The notes beneath the pieces were generated by a model that ran no database searches, had not been told where the DNA came from, and worked only from the letters and a program-made list of their open reading frames with translations. A stretch of DNA of 64,000 nucleotides, taken from an uncultured Candidatus Saccharibacteria bacterium (lineage in GTDB: Bacteria > Patescibacteriota > Minisyncoccia > Phycocordibacterales > JACOZG01). This document shows, one piece after another, positions 9,265 through 18,698 of this stretch (the first letter of the stretch is position 1; the number at the start of each line of letters is the position of its first letter). The translations under genes were made by a program, and so were the position numbers. The stretch lies in assembly GCA_964648765.1 (NCBI GenBank), contig CAZYLF010000002.1, forward strand, positions 3,537-67,536. The letters run 5' to 3'.

Positions 9265-10176
9265 TTACGCAAACCTCACTCCATGAGCCTTTAGCCATTT
9301 CTTAAACTCTGGCACTCGACTCTTGTGAATAAAGATCCGATCGTTAAGATGGGTAATTGTCTTGCCCGCAAAAACCATTTTTTTGGTAGCTCTAATGTGG
9401 CGAGAGAAGAAAATCTCATATGACACAAACCCGAGCTTTTCAGAAATCCCTAGCACGGGGGTGTAATCCCATGGATACTCACGATCCGACTTGAGAATTA
9501 TCGCCCCAACCTCTTGCTTCCAAAGTTTGGCAAAAGTAATGCCAATACTTCCGCCGCAAACATTGGTATCCTTGAAAAGTCCAGAGCTATCTCGAGCCAT
9601 CGTTCTCACAAGTGGGTCCAATTTTTCGGGCATGTCTCGAAGCAGAAGATACTGATCTTTGAGCGGCTTCTTGACGTCAATCACCAAACCCTCAGCGTCA
9701 TCGAGTAATGTCATCCGATGAACATTCTTAGAGTCTGGGCGAAAATAATAAATCTCTTGGGTCATTACATCGCCCACAAAGGCAGCCACCACCTCACCAT
9801 TAATCACAAGTGAAAGCATGGTGCCAATGCCATCTGATTGCCGACGAATAAAAGCCTTAGTACCATCAAGTGGATCAACAGTGAAAAAAGCGTTCACACC
9901 TTTGATTGTGCACGGAATTGATAGGCCTCTCTCTTCTGCGATCACGCCATATCCTGGGAAGTTCTCACGAATAAAGCGGAGATACATTTCCTGAGCCGCA
10001 AGATCCGCACTGGTAAGATAATCTGCTTTACCATTCTTCTTCGGCTTCTCGGTAACATCAAACTTGAACTTTACTCGTCTGATCACCTTAATTGCTCGCC
10101 GCACAGCCTCTTTACCCAAAACTCCTACCGCACTGGGGGTTAACAACCCCGGCATTCGCAAAGTCTTCTTTGCCAT
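9265..10176 (-). CDS. inositol monophosphatase / CysQ-family phosphatase
   Basis: FTVDPLDGTKAF metal-binding motif and a C-terminal WDxxxG-like motif. Confidence 0.75.
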   Translation of the reverse strand: MAKKTLRMPGLLTPSAVGVLGKEAVRRAIKVIRRVKFKFDVTEKPKKNGKADYLTSADLAAQEMYLRFIRENFPGYGVIAEERGLSIPCTIKGVNAFFTVDPLDGTKAFIRRQSDGIGTMLSLVINGEVVAAFVGDVMTQEIYYFRPDSKNVHRMTLLDDAEGLVIDVKKPLKDQYLLLRDMPEKLDPLVRTMARDSSGLFKDTNVCGGSIGITFAKLWKQEVGAIILKSDREYPWDYTPVLGISEKLGFVSYEIFFSRHIRATKKMVFAGKTITHLNDRIFIHKSRVPEFKKWLKAHGVRFA

Positions 10177-10252
10177 GTCAAATCCTCCTTCTAAAGTTAA
10201 GGTTCTGTCTACCTCTTATCTACCACAAAACAACTAAAAAATCAATAGAGAA

Positions 10253-10600
10253 CTAGATCGGGAAATGTTTAGAGAATTGACCCACCACTGGGAGCTCCTT
10301 CTCTTTACCATTGAGAGCATTAATGATGCCAATAACTGCCAGAATCAATACCGCCAAATTGACGATATTTAAAATTGACCAGAAAGCATACGAGTATACT
10401 GCCATTCTTAAGAACCAACAAATGATGCTGATTGCAAAAAGCACTAAACCTTGCTTGATGTGAAATTTAACAAATGAGTTTTTGTTAGCGACTAAATAAG
10501 ACACAATCACCAACGGTCCAATGTAAGCAAGCACACTCATCAACTTATTTTGATCGTGACTTGTTACTGGCGTCGACTGCGAATTTATTGGTTGTTCCAT
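10253..10600 (-). CDS. small membrane protein (DUF4870-like)
   Basis: Three TM helices; weak family resemblance. Confidence 0.45.
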   Translation of the reverse strand: MEQPINSQSTPVTSHDQNKLMSVLAYIGPLVIVSYLVANKNSFVKFHIKQGLVLFAISIICWFLRMAVYSYAFWSILNIVNLAVLILAVIGIINALNGKEKELPVVGQFSKHFPI

Positions 10601-10605
10601 AATTA

Positions 10606-11046
10606 TTATTTATTTTTTTTAATATCCTCCCACACACCCACCACATTACCCTCCGTGTCTTTAACATAGGCATAATATCCCATGCCAGCGATCTCCTTTT
10701 TAGCCATTACTATTGTACCACCAGCGGCGGTAACTTTGCCAAGTGACTCATCAAGGTTTTGCACCACCACGGCCACGGTGGGTGTGGTGATAGGGAATTG
10801 GCCACCGCGCTTAAACATTCCGCCATTTATAAATCCTGGCTCCTTCCACATATTTTTTTCATCCACTGGACCGGTGTGAAGACCGACGTAATTAGATCCA
10901 TCGGGCATTGGCCAATCCATAGTGTTCCAACCGAAAGTGGATTCATAAAACTTTTTCGCCCTTTCCAAATCATCAGCCGGAATCTCAAAATGTTGAACTT
11001 TATCCATAAAATTTAAATTAGGTTTGTAACAGGATAATTTTAGCAT
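10606..11046 (-). CDS. VOC (glyoxalase/bleomycin-resistance) family protein
   Basis: βαβββ VOC fold pattern. The true start is probably the internal Met (MDKVQHF, ~11007), because a -10-like tatgctaaaat lies inside the 5' end of the ORF. Confidence 0.6.
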   Translation of the reverse strand: MLKLSCYKPNLNFMDKVQHFEIPADDLERAKKFYESTFGWNTMDWPMPDGSNYVGLHTGPVDEKNMWKEPGFINGGMFKRGGQFPITTPTVAVVVQNLDESLGKVTAAGGTIVMAKKEIAGMGYYAYVKDTEGNVVGVWEDIKKNK

Positions 11047-11102
11047 AAAAATACCGCCCGGATCACTAGGACCCAGGCGGCGAAATATCTTACACGACTT
11101 GT

Positions 11103-11606
11103 TTACTTCCCTAGACTATAGTCTGGGACAAGACATTCCTTATCAGTCCTGACTTCACGGACCGGCACGTAGCCACGAGGAACATCCAAAAAATTTGCCT
11201 GAAGTACCCACACTTCACCAAGCATAGAGTGCCGAACAATTTGCCCAGCATTGAAGCCCGACCAAGTTCGGCACTTGGTCTTAGCCATACTGGGATATCG
11301 ACCCGTAACTGCGTCACTGAAAGAATTATGGTTGATCAGCCACGGTTCGCCAACAACACCGCATGAGGCATCTACTCGGCATCCCTGCGGGATGAAAAAC
11401 TTTATCTGGTTACCATCTGTGGTAGTGTGAGCAACAACTCCAGAATCCACATCTCCCCAGAGAAGTGAGAAACTCCCATGTTTCTTGTAAAACACAGTAT
11501 CACCAACACCGCTAAGTATGAGGTGACCTCCCATGTTTACTTCCAACATTCCATGGACAACAATAAATGATGGTGGAGTAACCCGGAACAACGTGGTGGC
11601 CGACAT
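11103..11606 (-). CDS. hypothetical protein, 167 aa
   Basis: ORF with a Gly-rich beta-type sequence; no family recognised. Confidence 0.45.
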   Translation of the reverse strand: MSATTLFRVTPPSFIVVHGMLEVNMGGHLILSGVGDTVFYKKHGSFSLLWGDVDSGVVAHTTTDGNQIKFFIPQGCRVDASCGVVGEPWLINHNSFSDAVTGRYPSMAKTKCRTWSGFNAGQIVRHSMLGEVWVLQANFLDVPRGYVPVREVRTDKECLVPDYSLGK

Positions 11607-11806
11607 AAGTCTAACCTCCTATTTTAAGGAACCCTTCGTGGCCCGGCCATCAACCGTAACCACTAACCAACTACTACAATTCGTTGGCTTACTTAACTGC
11701 TTACATACTAGCAAATATATTAATAAATGTCAAGCGCTGATTTAATAAGCAAAAAACCCATAAAACAGAACGTTTTATGGGTTCTCGCTTGCACAAAGTT
11801 TAAAAA

Positions 11807-12007
11807 CTAAGCGCGGGTGACGTTGGTGGCGGCTGGGCCCTTCTCGCCATCGACTACTTCGAAAGAGAGAGTATCGCCAACCTTTAACTCATCGTAAGTC
11901 ACGCCTTGTAACTCCTTTGAATGAAAGAAGAGGTCCTTAGTCTCGCCATCGCGAGCGATAAAGCCAAATCCTTTTGGAGTTAAAGTCTTGATTGTTCCTG
12001 TTGCCAT
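11807..12007 (-). CDS. cold-shock protein (CspA family)
   Basis: KGFGFI RNP1 motif and an overall Csp sequence; 66 aa. Confidence 0.85.
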   Translation of the reverse strand: MATGTIKTLTPKGFGFIARDGETKDLFFHSKELQGVTYDELKVGDTLSFEVVDGEKGPAATNVTRA

Positions 12008-12136
12008 TTGATTTTTTTATAACTTTTTAAATATCCGCGGAAGTCGACTTTGCTGCTACTTCTTAGATTGCCGTATCATAACATAAAAACCCCGTAAAAG
12101 CACACTGTGCTTTTACGGGGCCCTAATTTCTCCTTT

Positions 12137-12733
12137 TTATTTAATTGCGGTTTGGAGAGTTACGCTTGCGCTCAATGCTCCGTCAATATCAAACGCACTA
12201 TTGCAAACATCAAGAAAGCTCCAACCCACATGCCAAGATAAGTGCCAATGTCCAGGCCAATTCAGCGGAATTTCCCCCGTTAGTCCTGGCGTGATGCCGT
12301 AACCCCAAAGATTATCTTTGATTTGATACTTCACTAAACCCTTAAATGTGTCTTCAATTGCGTAACTGACGTGGAAGACTTCGCCCACAATATCCACGCC
12401 AACTCGCCGACCAACTTTAGGATTATCCTCAAATGGATACCACCGCGCACCAAAACCCAAACTCTGTGCGCTACCAAATGGCTTGTCTACATCCACCGCG
12501 CCAGATTGCGCCAAAAGTTGAGCAAACTGGAGTCTAGTGTACACATCCACACCAGGCAGAACCTTGTCGTTCTCAAAACGTAACTCACTAAGCGGGAGCA
12601 AAATGCGCACATTTTTTCCGGCCACATTGGCCTTTACCTGTCGCACGCCACCTCCCAAGGCTGCACGGTTGCACCCTCCCACCAGGAGGATCAGACTTGG
12701 CAACATTGCCATTAAAATCATCACCCAATTCAT
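12137..12733 (-). CDS. putative lipoprotein, 198 aa
   Basis: Signal peptide with lipobox LLVGGC; beta-rich mature part. Confidence 0.5.
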   Translation of the reverse strand: MNWVMILMAMLPSLILLVGGCNRAALGGGVRQVKANVAGKNVRILLPLSELRFENDKVLPGVDVYTRLQFAQLLAQSGAVDVDKPFGSAQSLGFGARWYPFEDNPKVGRRVGVDIVGEVFHVSYAIEDTFKGLVKYQIKDNLWGYGITPGLTGEIPLNWPGHWHLSWHVGWSFLDVCNSAFDIDGALSASVTLQTAIK

Positions 12734-12869
12734 CCGACCCTCCTTTCGTTATAATAAAGGTCTCACTAAGAATTAAGCATGTGCTTGTTTTGATATTTAG
12801 TCAAATAAAAAACCGCGCTGGCAAATGCACCAGCGCGGCGATAATCAAAACCACATAACTAACAACTAA

Positions 12870-13424
12870 CTAGCGTCTATGGCCGGAGAAGGCTCCGAAA
12901 ATGTCTTCTAGCGTAGGAAACATTGGTCGCTCTCGCTCAAGAACAATTTGCCAGTTCTCCCTGATGCCAAGCCGCCCACTCTCCTCGTCAATCTTGCTCC
13001 GGGCTTCGTCCGAAAGTTCAAAATGAACGCAAGTAGCAGCGAGCGAATCCACCGCGTCCAGCATCAACCCCACCTTCTCCAACGCAGCAGTAGAAGTACA
13101 AGCTGCGCACTCACAAGGAGTAGGATCTTCTGGCTTAGTTTGATCGGGTGAGGCTTTCACGCCAAGATTGTCAATGACGGTGTGCATTCTCTTCTTCATA
13201 TGCTCCAGCGCAGCATCATTTCGAGCCTTTTTGATGGCATCTCGATCATCAATGAGACGATTTCGGAGAAAAACAAGCTTCCGAGTATAGGGATCCTCAA
13301 TCACTCCGAGAACCTTTTCTCCACGCTTAAGCTTGTCATCAATGCTCTTAACCTCCTCATCGGGAATGCCCTCTAGTGCCTTTTTCAGATCATCCATAAA
13401 CTTCGACATGTCCATCTCCTTCAA
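12870..13424 (-). CDS. member A of a 3-copy paralogous family of ~175-aa proteins (unknown function)
   Basis: It shares the M..(F/L)M.(W/D)L N-terminus, the EV(I/L)G(V/K)(I/L)(E/T)DPY.RKL motif and a C-terminal LGIRENWQIV motif with the ORFs at 49678..50205 and 52626..53102. Confidence 0.6.
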   Translation of the reverse strand: MKEMDMSKFMDDLKKALEGIPDEEVKSIDDKLKRGEKVLGVIEDPYTRKLVFLRNRLIDDRDAIKKARNDAALEHMKKRMHTVIDNLGVKASPDQTKPEDPTPCECAACTSTAALEKVGLMLDAVDSLAATCVHFELSDEARSKIDEESGRLGIRENWQIVLERERPMFPTLEDIFGAFSGHRR

Positions 13425-13507
13425 AGACCGCTACCTGTGAGCCTACGCGACTCACTCTGCCCATACATCTAGCATCCACCCCGATTTTTGTCAACACAAA
13501 TCTAATA

Positions 13508-13536
13508 TTGACAAAATGCAACTTTCCTACTAGTTT
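13508..13536 (+). promoter_or_regulatory. promoter TTGACA-N17-TAGTTT
   Basis: Matches the recurring promoter consensus. A divergent promoter for the 12870 gene lies on the other strand (TTGACA at ~13490-13495 on the minus strand). Confidence 0.55.
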
Positions 13537-13571
13537 ACGGTTAGGTTCATTTACATGAAAGGAGGAACCTA

Positions 13572-14834
13572 ATGATTCCGAAAAAAGTACACGTAGTAGG
13601 CGGCGGGACAATTTCCCACGTCAGGTCACATTTGGGACTTTGCGCTCCAGCATACGGTTCGACGGCTCGTTTTATCGCCACTCTGGCTCAACTTGAGTCA
13701 GAGGCAATGCAGATTGAACTCCATCTCACCAGGATGGCTGACCCAACGAGTCATATTGAAACCAGCGAAGACTTAAAAGAATTGGTTTTGGAATTGGTTG
13801 ATGATCCGCGGACCAGAATCATTTTCTGGAATCCGGCCATCGTTGATTTTGATGGCACAATTGGTAAAGTTACGTCTGACAAATATGCCACACGTCTCCA
13901 CACTTCGGATGAAGGCGGCAAACCCCTTAGCTACGAGATGCACCTCACACCTGCCGATAAATTGGTGGGGATGATAAGGAATGGTAGTGAGGGGCGCAGA
14001 CCACGCAAGGATATCTTCCTCGTGAGTTTTAAAACCACAGCTGGAGCCACACCTGAAGAACAGTATCTGGCCGGGCTTCATCTGCTTAAAAGCTCGAGTT
14101 CAAACTTGGTGTTGGCTAATGACGTGGTGACCCGGCACAATATGATTATTGTGCCTGAAGAAGCGGTTTACCATGAGACCAAAAGTCGCACAGATGCCAT
14201 TATGGCCTTGGTGCAGATGACCTATTTGCGCTCTCACCTCACCTTCACCAGAAGCACCGTGGTGGCTGGCGAACCTGTGGCTTGGGATTCTGAATTGGTC
14301 CCGCCGGTACTCCGCAAAGTTGTGGACTTCTGCATTGACCGCGGCGCGTACAAAAAGTTCCGCGGTGTTACAGCCGGGCACTTTGCGGTGAAGATTGATG
14401 ACACCACCTTTCTCACCTCACGTCGCAAAACTGACTTTAATGATATGAAGACAGTGGGCCTCGTGATGGTAAAAACGGATGGGCCGGACTCAATCATCGC
14501 CTACGGCTCCAAGCCGTCGGTGGGTGGGCAATCACAAAGGATTGTTTTCACTGATCACCCTGGCACTGATTGCATTGTGCACTTCCATTGCCCAATTAAA
14601 CCGGGCTCAATGGTACCAACGGTGTCACAGCGCGAATATGAGTGTGGTAGCCACGAGTGCGGTAAAAACACTTCTCGAGGGCTTGCTCAGTTTGGTAATT
14701 TGAAAGCGGTGTATCTGGATCAACATGGTCCGAATATCGTTTTCTCCAAGGATATCAACCCACAAGAAGTGATCGACTTTATCGAGGCCAACTTTGACCT
14801 CGAGAAAAAGACGGGTGGCTACAGCGTCACCTGA
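13572..14834 (+). CDS. two-domain protein: N-terminal Rossmann-like (VHVVGGGTISHV) and C-terminal class II aldolase/adducin-like domain
   Basis: RBS gaaaggagg precedes the start. C-terminal …FLTSRRKTDFNDMKTVGLVMV…GSKPSVGG…IVHFHCP resembles the class II aldolase/adducin N-terminal fold. Confidence 0.65.
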   Translation: MIPKKVHVVGGGTISHVRSHLGLCAPAYGSTARFIATLAQLESEAMQIELHLTRMADPTSHIETSEDLKELVLELVDDPRTRIIFWNPAIVDFDGTIGKVTSDKYATRLHTSDEGGKPLSYEMHLTPADKLVGMIRNGSEGRRPRKDIFLVSFKTTAGATPEEQYLAGLHLLKSSSSNLVLANDVVTRHNMIIVPEEAVYHETKSRTDAIMALVQMTYLRSHLTFTRSTVVAGEPVAWDSELVPPVLRKVVDFCIDRGAYKKFRGVTAGHFAVKIDDTTFLTSRRKTDFNDMKTVGLVMVKTDGPDSIIAYGSKPSVGGQSQRIVFTDHPGTDCIVHFHCPIKPGSMVPTVSQREYECGSHECGKNTSRGLAQFGNLKAVYLDQHGPNIVFSKDINPQEVIDFIEANFDLEKKTGGYSVT

Positions 14835-14902
14835 TCAACAAAGTTCTTTCTTCAAAAAAGCAATCCCGCGTTTGGAGTAATCCAAACGCGGGATTTTATT
14901 TT
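14805..14902. repeat. direct repeat copy 1 (gene 3' end + terminator), partner at 20630-20728
   Basis: …gggtggctacagcgtcacctgatcaacaaagttctttcttcaaaaaagcaatcccgcgtttggagtaatccaaacgcgggattttatttt matches the block at 20643-20728. Confidence 0.8.
14862..14902. terminator. bidirectional rho-independent terminator
   Basis: Perfect 15-bp stem aatcccgcgtttgga / tccaaacgcgggatt with loop gtaa; T-run on the + strand and A-rich on the other side. Confidence 0.8.
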
Positions 14903-14983
14903 GCATATATAAAAAAACCGCACCACCAGCCGAAGCTGTTGGTGCGGTATGACTACTTGTTTCTAAACTACAAATGGTTTGGC

Positions 14984-15292
14984 CTAGTTGCCGCGAACCT
15001 TTGTAAAGATCAAAACCTGGTCTCCTTCGTTCAGGGCGATGTCAAAGCTTGAAACTCTTTGTCCATTGAGCCGAACGTCCGAGGATGCATCAACCTTGCT
15101 CTCATACCCACTTGCCTTGAAAGCATCAACGATAGTGCTGCCCTCGGCAAGCTTGTACGCCTTCACCTGACCACCCGGAAATGCTCCCAACTTCATCTCA
15201 AACTTCTTCGCCGGAGCTTCTTTCTTCGCAACTTTCTTTCCGGTAACGCTACCACCCGCACTCTTCCGATTAGATGTCTTTGCCGTTGTCAT
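14984..15292 (-). CDS. ubiquitin-like beta-grasp protein (ThiS/MoaD-like) with Lys-rich disordered N-terminal extension; C-terminus …KVRGN
   Basis: The C-terminal ~70 aa (KLAEGSTIVDAFKASGY…VRLNGQRV…LNEGDQVLIFTKVRGN) follow the MoaD/ThiS/Ubl pattern. It is the last gene of the E2-JAB-E1 operon. Confidence 0.55.
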   Translation of the reverse strand: MTTAKTSNRKSAGGSVTGKKVAKKEAPAKKFEMKLGAFPGGQVKAYKLAEGSTIVDAFKASGYESKVDASSDVRLNGQRVSSFDIALNEGDQVLIFTKVRGN

Positions 15293-15320
15293 AACTTAAT
15301 CCTTTCCTCTAGAGTGTTCC

Positions 15321-16022
15321 CTACTTATACATTTGACCTACGACCATCGTAGGCTGTAACGAAAAGACCAATTCATTTTCAAGCTCGTCAGTGAGAGGTT
15401 TCCCCTCCTTGAGCTTGCTCTGAATTTGCTGCCACCGAATCAACTGCCAAACCGCCAAACCTGAGACAATTTCGGCAGTAGATCCAACTGTAATCGACGC
15501 TCCACACGCTGACACGGGTGCAACATCGTCACCGTAAAGAGTACTTTCCCACCCTTTGACCTGGGTGGGGGCATTGGGGTTTATGGTATAAACCCGCCCA
15601 CTATTTGCCCCCATTCTGGTCTCAATCATAAGTTTGACCGAGGGTTTCAAACGGATGCCTCTTTCCCAGATTTCCTTTCGAGATGCCATCGTGTCAGTCA
15701 ACAGAAAGACAACATCTCCCAATCTTTGTGAGCCATCTACTCGTTCTGGGTGAACAGTAACCTGAGTACCTGTTTGCTCCAGAATAATCTCCGCCAAGGC
15801 CTCTGTTTTTAACCGGCCAACATGATTGTTGCCAAAAGCTTGGTTAGGAATATTGTGCGCCTCAATCTTATCGGGATCCCAAATATCAATCTTGGATATC
15901 CCGAGTTTTGCCAACCCGATCGCAATTCGCGACCCCGTGGCTCCCACTCCGATCACACTAACTCTTTGCTCTCCAAATTGCTCTGGAGCAAAGACCTCGA
16001 GATGGCGTATGGTATCAAGCAT
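15321..16022 (-). CDS. ThiF/MoeB/HesA-family E1-like adenylyltransferase (short, adenylation domain only)
   Basis: Rossmann motif VIGVGATGSRIAIGLAKLG, DIWDPDKIEAHNIPNQ (the D.D.V..SNL.RQ motif) and a conserved Cys in VSACGAS. Confidence 0.8.
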   Translation of the reverse strand: MLDTIRHLEVFAPEQFGEQRVSVIGVGATGSRIAIGLAKLGISKIDIWDPDKIEAHNIPNQAFGNNHVGRLKTEALAEIILEQTGTQVTVHPERVDGSQRLGDVVFLLTDTMASRKEIWERGIRLKPSVKLMIETRMGANSGRVYTINPNAPTQVKGWESTLYGDDVAPVSACGASITVGSTAEIVSGLAVWQLIRWQQIQSKLKEGKPLTDELENELVFSLQPTMVVGQMYK

Positions 16023-16038
16023 CTTTTTCCTTTCATCA

Positions 16039-16809
16039 TTAATCGTCCGTCTGCTGATTAGGACTCATCCACGAAAAAGGTGTCCAGTATTTTTGCGGCT
16101 GCGGGGCGACAGTGATAAATGAATAAGCCTTCACTTTCTCCCGCATCTCCGCACGTAATTCAAACCACAGAGCACGCAACTCATCCAATGAAGGCAAAGC
16201 TGGGCCCCTTAAACGCCAGGGCACGTCATGAATTGCATATCCTCGTCGCCAGTCAAACAAAGACAGATTAACCTCTCCACGCCGATTAAAAATTCCTCGT
16301 AAGAAGAACTCCGAACCTCGGTCACGAAAGACGTCCATCTGTTCATCATCCTGAGTAGAAGGATAAACCGATCCATTAACATGAGAATGGCCCCAAAACC
16401 TGATATTGTTGAAGGCTTCTTCTCCCTTGGGTTTTCTGAGCAACTCCGAAGCAAAATTAAACAAACTATCAGTGGTGATTTCAGTATGTCCACCACTAAC
16501 CCCCTGGTTGAAAAGATAAACATCATTGACGATAGTTTGTCTTTTCTCCCGAACGGCGGTGCCCAACCAACCTACTTCGTACCCAATACCGCTCACGAAC
16601 GCATGCATCTTAAACATTGCAAGCGGTGTGACTTCCACCAAAGCTGAAATCTTGCGAGGCACCCGTAGTCTCTCAACCACGGTGGAAAATTGCTCAGGCT
16701 CATTAAACGTCACTCCTGTTTCCTCAGGATGTGTCCACCTGATCTGACGCAATTCTCGTTTAGGTTTTAACTTCCCTCCCTTTCCGACCACTCCTCTGTA
16801 ATTCCTCAT
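16039..16809 (-). CDS. JAB/MPN (JAMM) metalloprotease domain protein
   Basis: JAMM motif HSHVNGSVYPSTQD (HxH-x7-S-x2-D) in WGHSHVNGSVYPSTQDDEQM. Confidence 0.7.
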   Translation of the reverse strand: MRNYRGVVGKGGKLKPKRELRQIRWTHPEETGVTFNEPEQFSTVVERLRVPRKISALVEVTPLAMFKMHAFVSGIGYEVGWLGTAVREKRQTIVNDVYLFNQGVSGGHTEITTDSLFNFASELLRKPKGEEAFNNIRFWGHSHVNGSVYPSTQDDEQMDVFRDRGSEFFLRGIFNRRGEVNLSLFDWRRGYAIHDVPWRLRGPALPSLDELRALWFELRAEMREKVKAYSFITVAPQPQKYWTPFSWMSPNQQTDD

Positions 16810-16843
16810 AGCAAACTCTCCCTAGTAAGAGACAAAACAATAT

Positions 16844-18556
16844 CTAAGCGGCTTTTTCAGCAACTCGCAATTTCCCCATTGACTCAAGTATTGATGGATT
16901 CACTTTCTTACCATCAAACTCCTTGAGAAAATTTAGAGTCACAATAACCGCTGACTCAATTTCCAGACTTCCCAACAATTCAGGAACCACCAAACTTAAC
17001 TGACCGATACCTACTGCATCCTTTTCCGTTGCTCCCAATTGGGGAACATGTACCGCGCCAAATCTGTCGTGGTAAATTGGAAACGGATTAATGACCCTTA
17101 CTGCATCATCTCGAGTATTAAACTGGAGATGAAGAGGGCCAACTGAATATACTTGGTCAGTGCTTATGTCGGTGACCTCAAGTTGTGAGAAAACTACATG
17201 TAGGGTAGAACCCAACAAATTAATCTCTCGCACCTCTTTGAGTTTCCATAGCTTCTCCAGCTCATTATGAACTTTACTTGCCACTTCTTGGGGTTTTAAA
17301 ACTCCCAGCGTATTAGCAAGCGCAGCATAGAAAACTGACCGACGATTGGCATCAATTTGGTTTAAAAGCTCAACTACTCTAGCTTTCAAACCATGCTCCC
17401 TCGTTTGACGATTTTGAGAATACAATACCTGAAACGCTCTGAGCGTTTCAGGTGATAGCGGCGCTCTTTCCTTCGGGTACTCCATCCTTGCTACAGCCCT
17501 AGGAAAAATTTGAAGGATTCTCTGATACGCATCATCCTCATTTACAGAATCAATAGCTTTCAGAGCAAAAAGAGTTGCTGCTTCAAACTCAAAATTCTGC
17601 AAAAGTTTAATGATCCAAGCGCCTTCACCCTGGCACCAATGTCCTTTAGATCGATCCACATGGGGATGACCGTACTCAGCTGCATAACGTTCATCACGGT
17701 GGAAAGGCCTACGAGTTAGATTAGAAAATGACGCATCAGCCTTGTCTCCAAAACTTAACGTCACCTTAAACTCACCTAACTCATAGAGTTGTTTACCGTC
17801 TCCACTTAACGCATACATTACATGGGTAAACAATATAAGTTTGTCCCCCTGAACCTCAACTTTTTTTATCTCAGGAATATTAGCCAAGAGTTTGATAGCC
17901 CTGTCTGACTCACTGGTGTTATTGGTTATGTCAGCAAATTGCCGATCCAATTCTCCCCGCTGAGCCATGTGTTGCTCTAACTCTGCGCGATGTGCGTGCA
18001 TGGACATCTTGATTCGCCCCAAAAGATCCCGATCGATTGGCGGAAATTCTCCCCGCTGGCATTGCTCCAAAGTGGGCAAACCAATGCGCAAAAATTTCAC
18101 CGCTTCCAAGAGTATCCCCCTATAGATGGCATTTCTGGATTTGCGATCAGAATAACGATCACTGTTTGCGCGAAACAGAAAATACAAGCTATTGCCGACC
18201 AGTTCGGCCATAACATCTCCTGTTTTCGGGTCCACAATCACCAATCCATCACCAGACGGTTCATACATTCTTTCGCCCGATTCACAAATTGCCATTGGGT
18301 GACCCCAAATTTTCTTTGGGGTTAACCTAACTGAGGCAACTTTTGACGGAGTCGCAAAAATGTTAATGACAAATCTGTTATCACGATTTTGTGGAGGAAT
18401 ATGCTTTTGCCTTTCTGTGTCATGCATACCATCATGAATTTCAATCTCATCCATGTATGCCAGCTTATCGCCCAAGACCTCCCTCGTGATACCCTCAAAA
18501 TCCTGTTGAGTCTCCAAACTTCTTGTCCAATCAGTAGTTTTAACCACCAAAGACAT
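16844..18556 (-). CDS. 570-aa protein with central E2/UBC-like domain (putative catalytic Cys in HPHV…GHWCQG)
   Basis: …YELGEFKVTLSFGDKADASFSNLTRRPFHRDERYAAEYGHPHVDRSKGHWCQGEGAWIIKLLQNF… matches the UBC HPN-x(5-7)-G-x-(I/W)C signature. The flanking N- and C-terminal domains are unrecognised. Confidence 0.55.
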   Translation of the reverse strand: MSLVVKTTDWTRSLETQQDFEGITREVLGDKLAYMDEIEIHDGMHDTERQKHIPPQNRDNRFVINIFATPSKVASVRLTPKKIWGHPMAICESGERMYEPSGDGLVIVDPKTGDVMAELVGNSLYFLFRANSDRYSDRKSRNAIYRGILLEAVKFLRIGLPTLEQCQRGEFPPIDRDLLGRIKMSMHAHRAELEQHMAQRGELDRQFADITNNTSESDRAIKLLANIPEIKKVEVQGDKLILFTHVMYALSGDGKQLYELGEFKVTLSFGDKADASFSNLTRRPFHRDERYAAEYGHPHVDRSKGHWCQGEGAWIIKLLQNFEFEAATLFALKAIDSVNEDDAYQRILQIFPRAVARMEYPKERAPLSPETLRAFQVLYSQNRQTREHGLKARVVELLNQIDANRRSVFYAALANTLGVLKPQEVASKVHNELEKLWKLKEVREINLLGSTLHVVFSQLEVTDISTDQVYSVGPLHLQFNTRDDAVRVINPFPIYHDRFGAVHVPQLGATEKDAVGIGQLSLVVPELLGSLEIESAVIVTLNFLKEFDGKKVNPSILESMGKLRVAEKAA

Positions 18557-18607
18557 GTTTTACCTCCTTTACATAGTTTAGTTTTCAAGGTCCCGTTACC
18601 TGTATAT

Positions 18608-18635
18608 TTACTAGCATATAGAAATAATTTGTCAA
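18608..18635 (-). promoter_or_regulatory. promoter (minus strand) TTGACA-N16-tgcTAGTAA for the E2-JAB-E1-Ubl operon
   Basis: Reverse complement of 18608-18635 reads TTGACAaattatttctatatgcTAGTAA. Confidence 0.5.
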
Positions 18636-18640
18636 TAGCT

Positions 18641-18676
18641 AAAATAAAAAGCCCCCACTTTTAGGACAGTGGGGGC
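18641..18676 (-). terminator. rho-independent terminator (minus strand) after the FAD monooxygenase gene
   Basis: gcccccactgtcctaaaagtgggggc hairpin plus T-run on the minus strand. Confidence 0.7.
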
Positions 18677-18698
18677 AAAATGACTTTGTGGGTCATTT

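Noticed and set aside
16209-16747. ORFs 16209-16526 (minus strand), 16381-16647 and 16526-16747 (plus strand)
   Set aside because: They overlap the JAB protease gene in other frames or in antisense.
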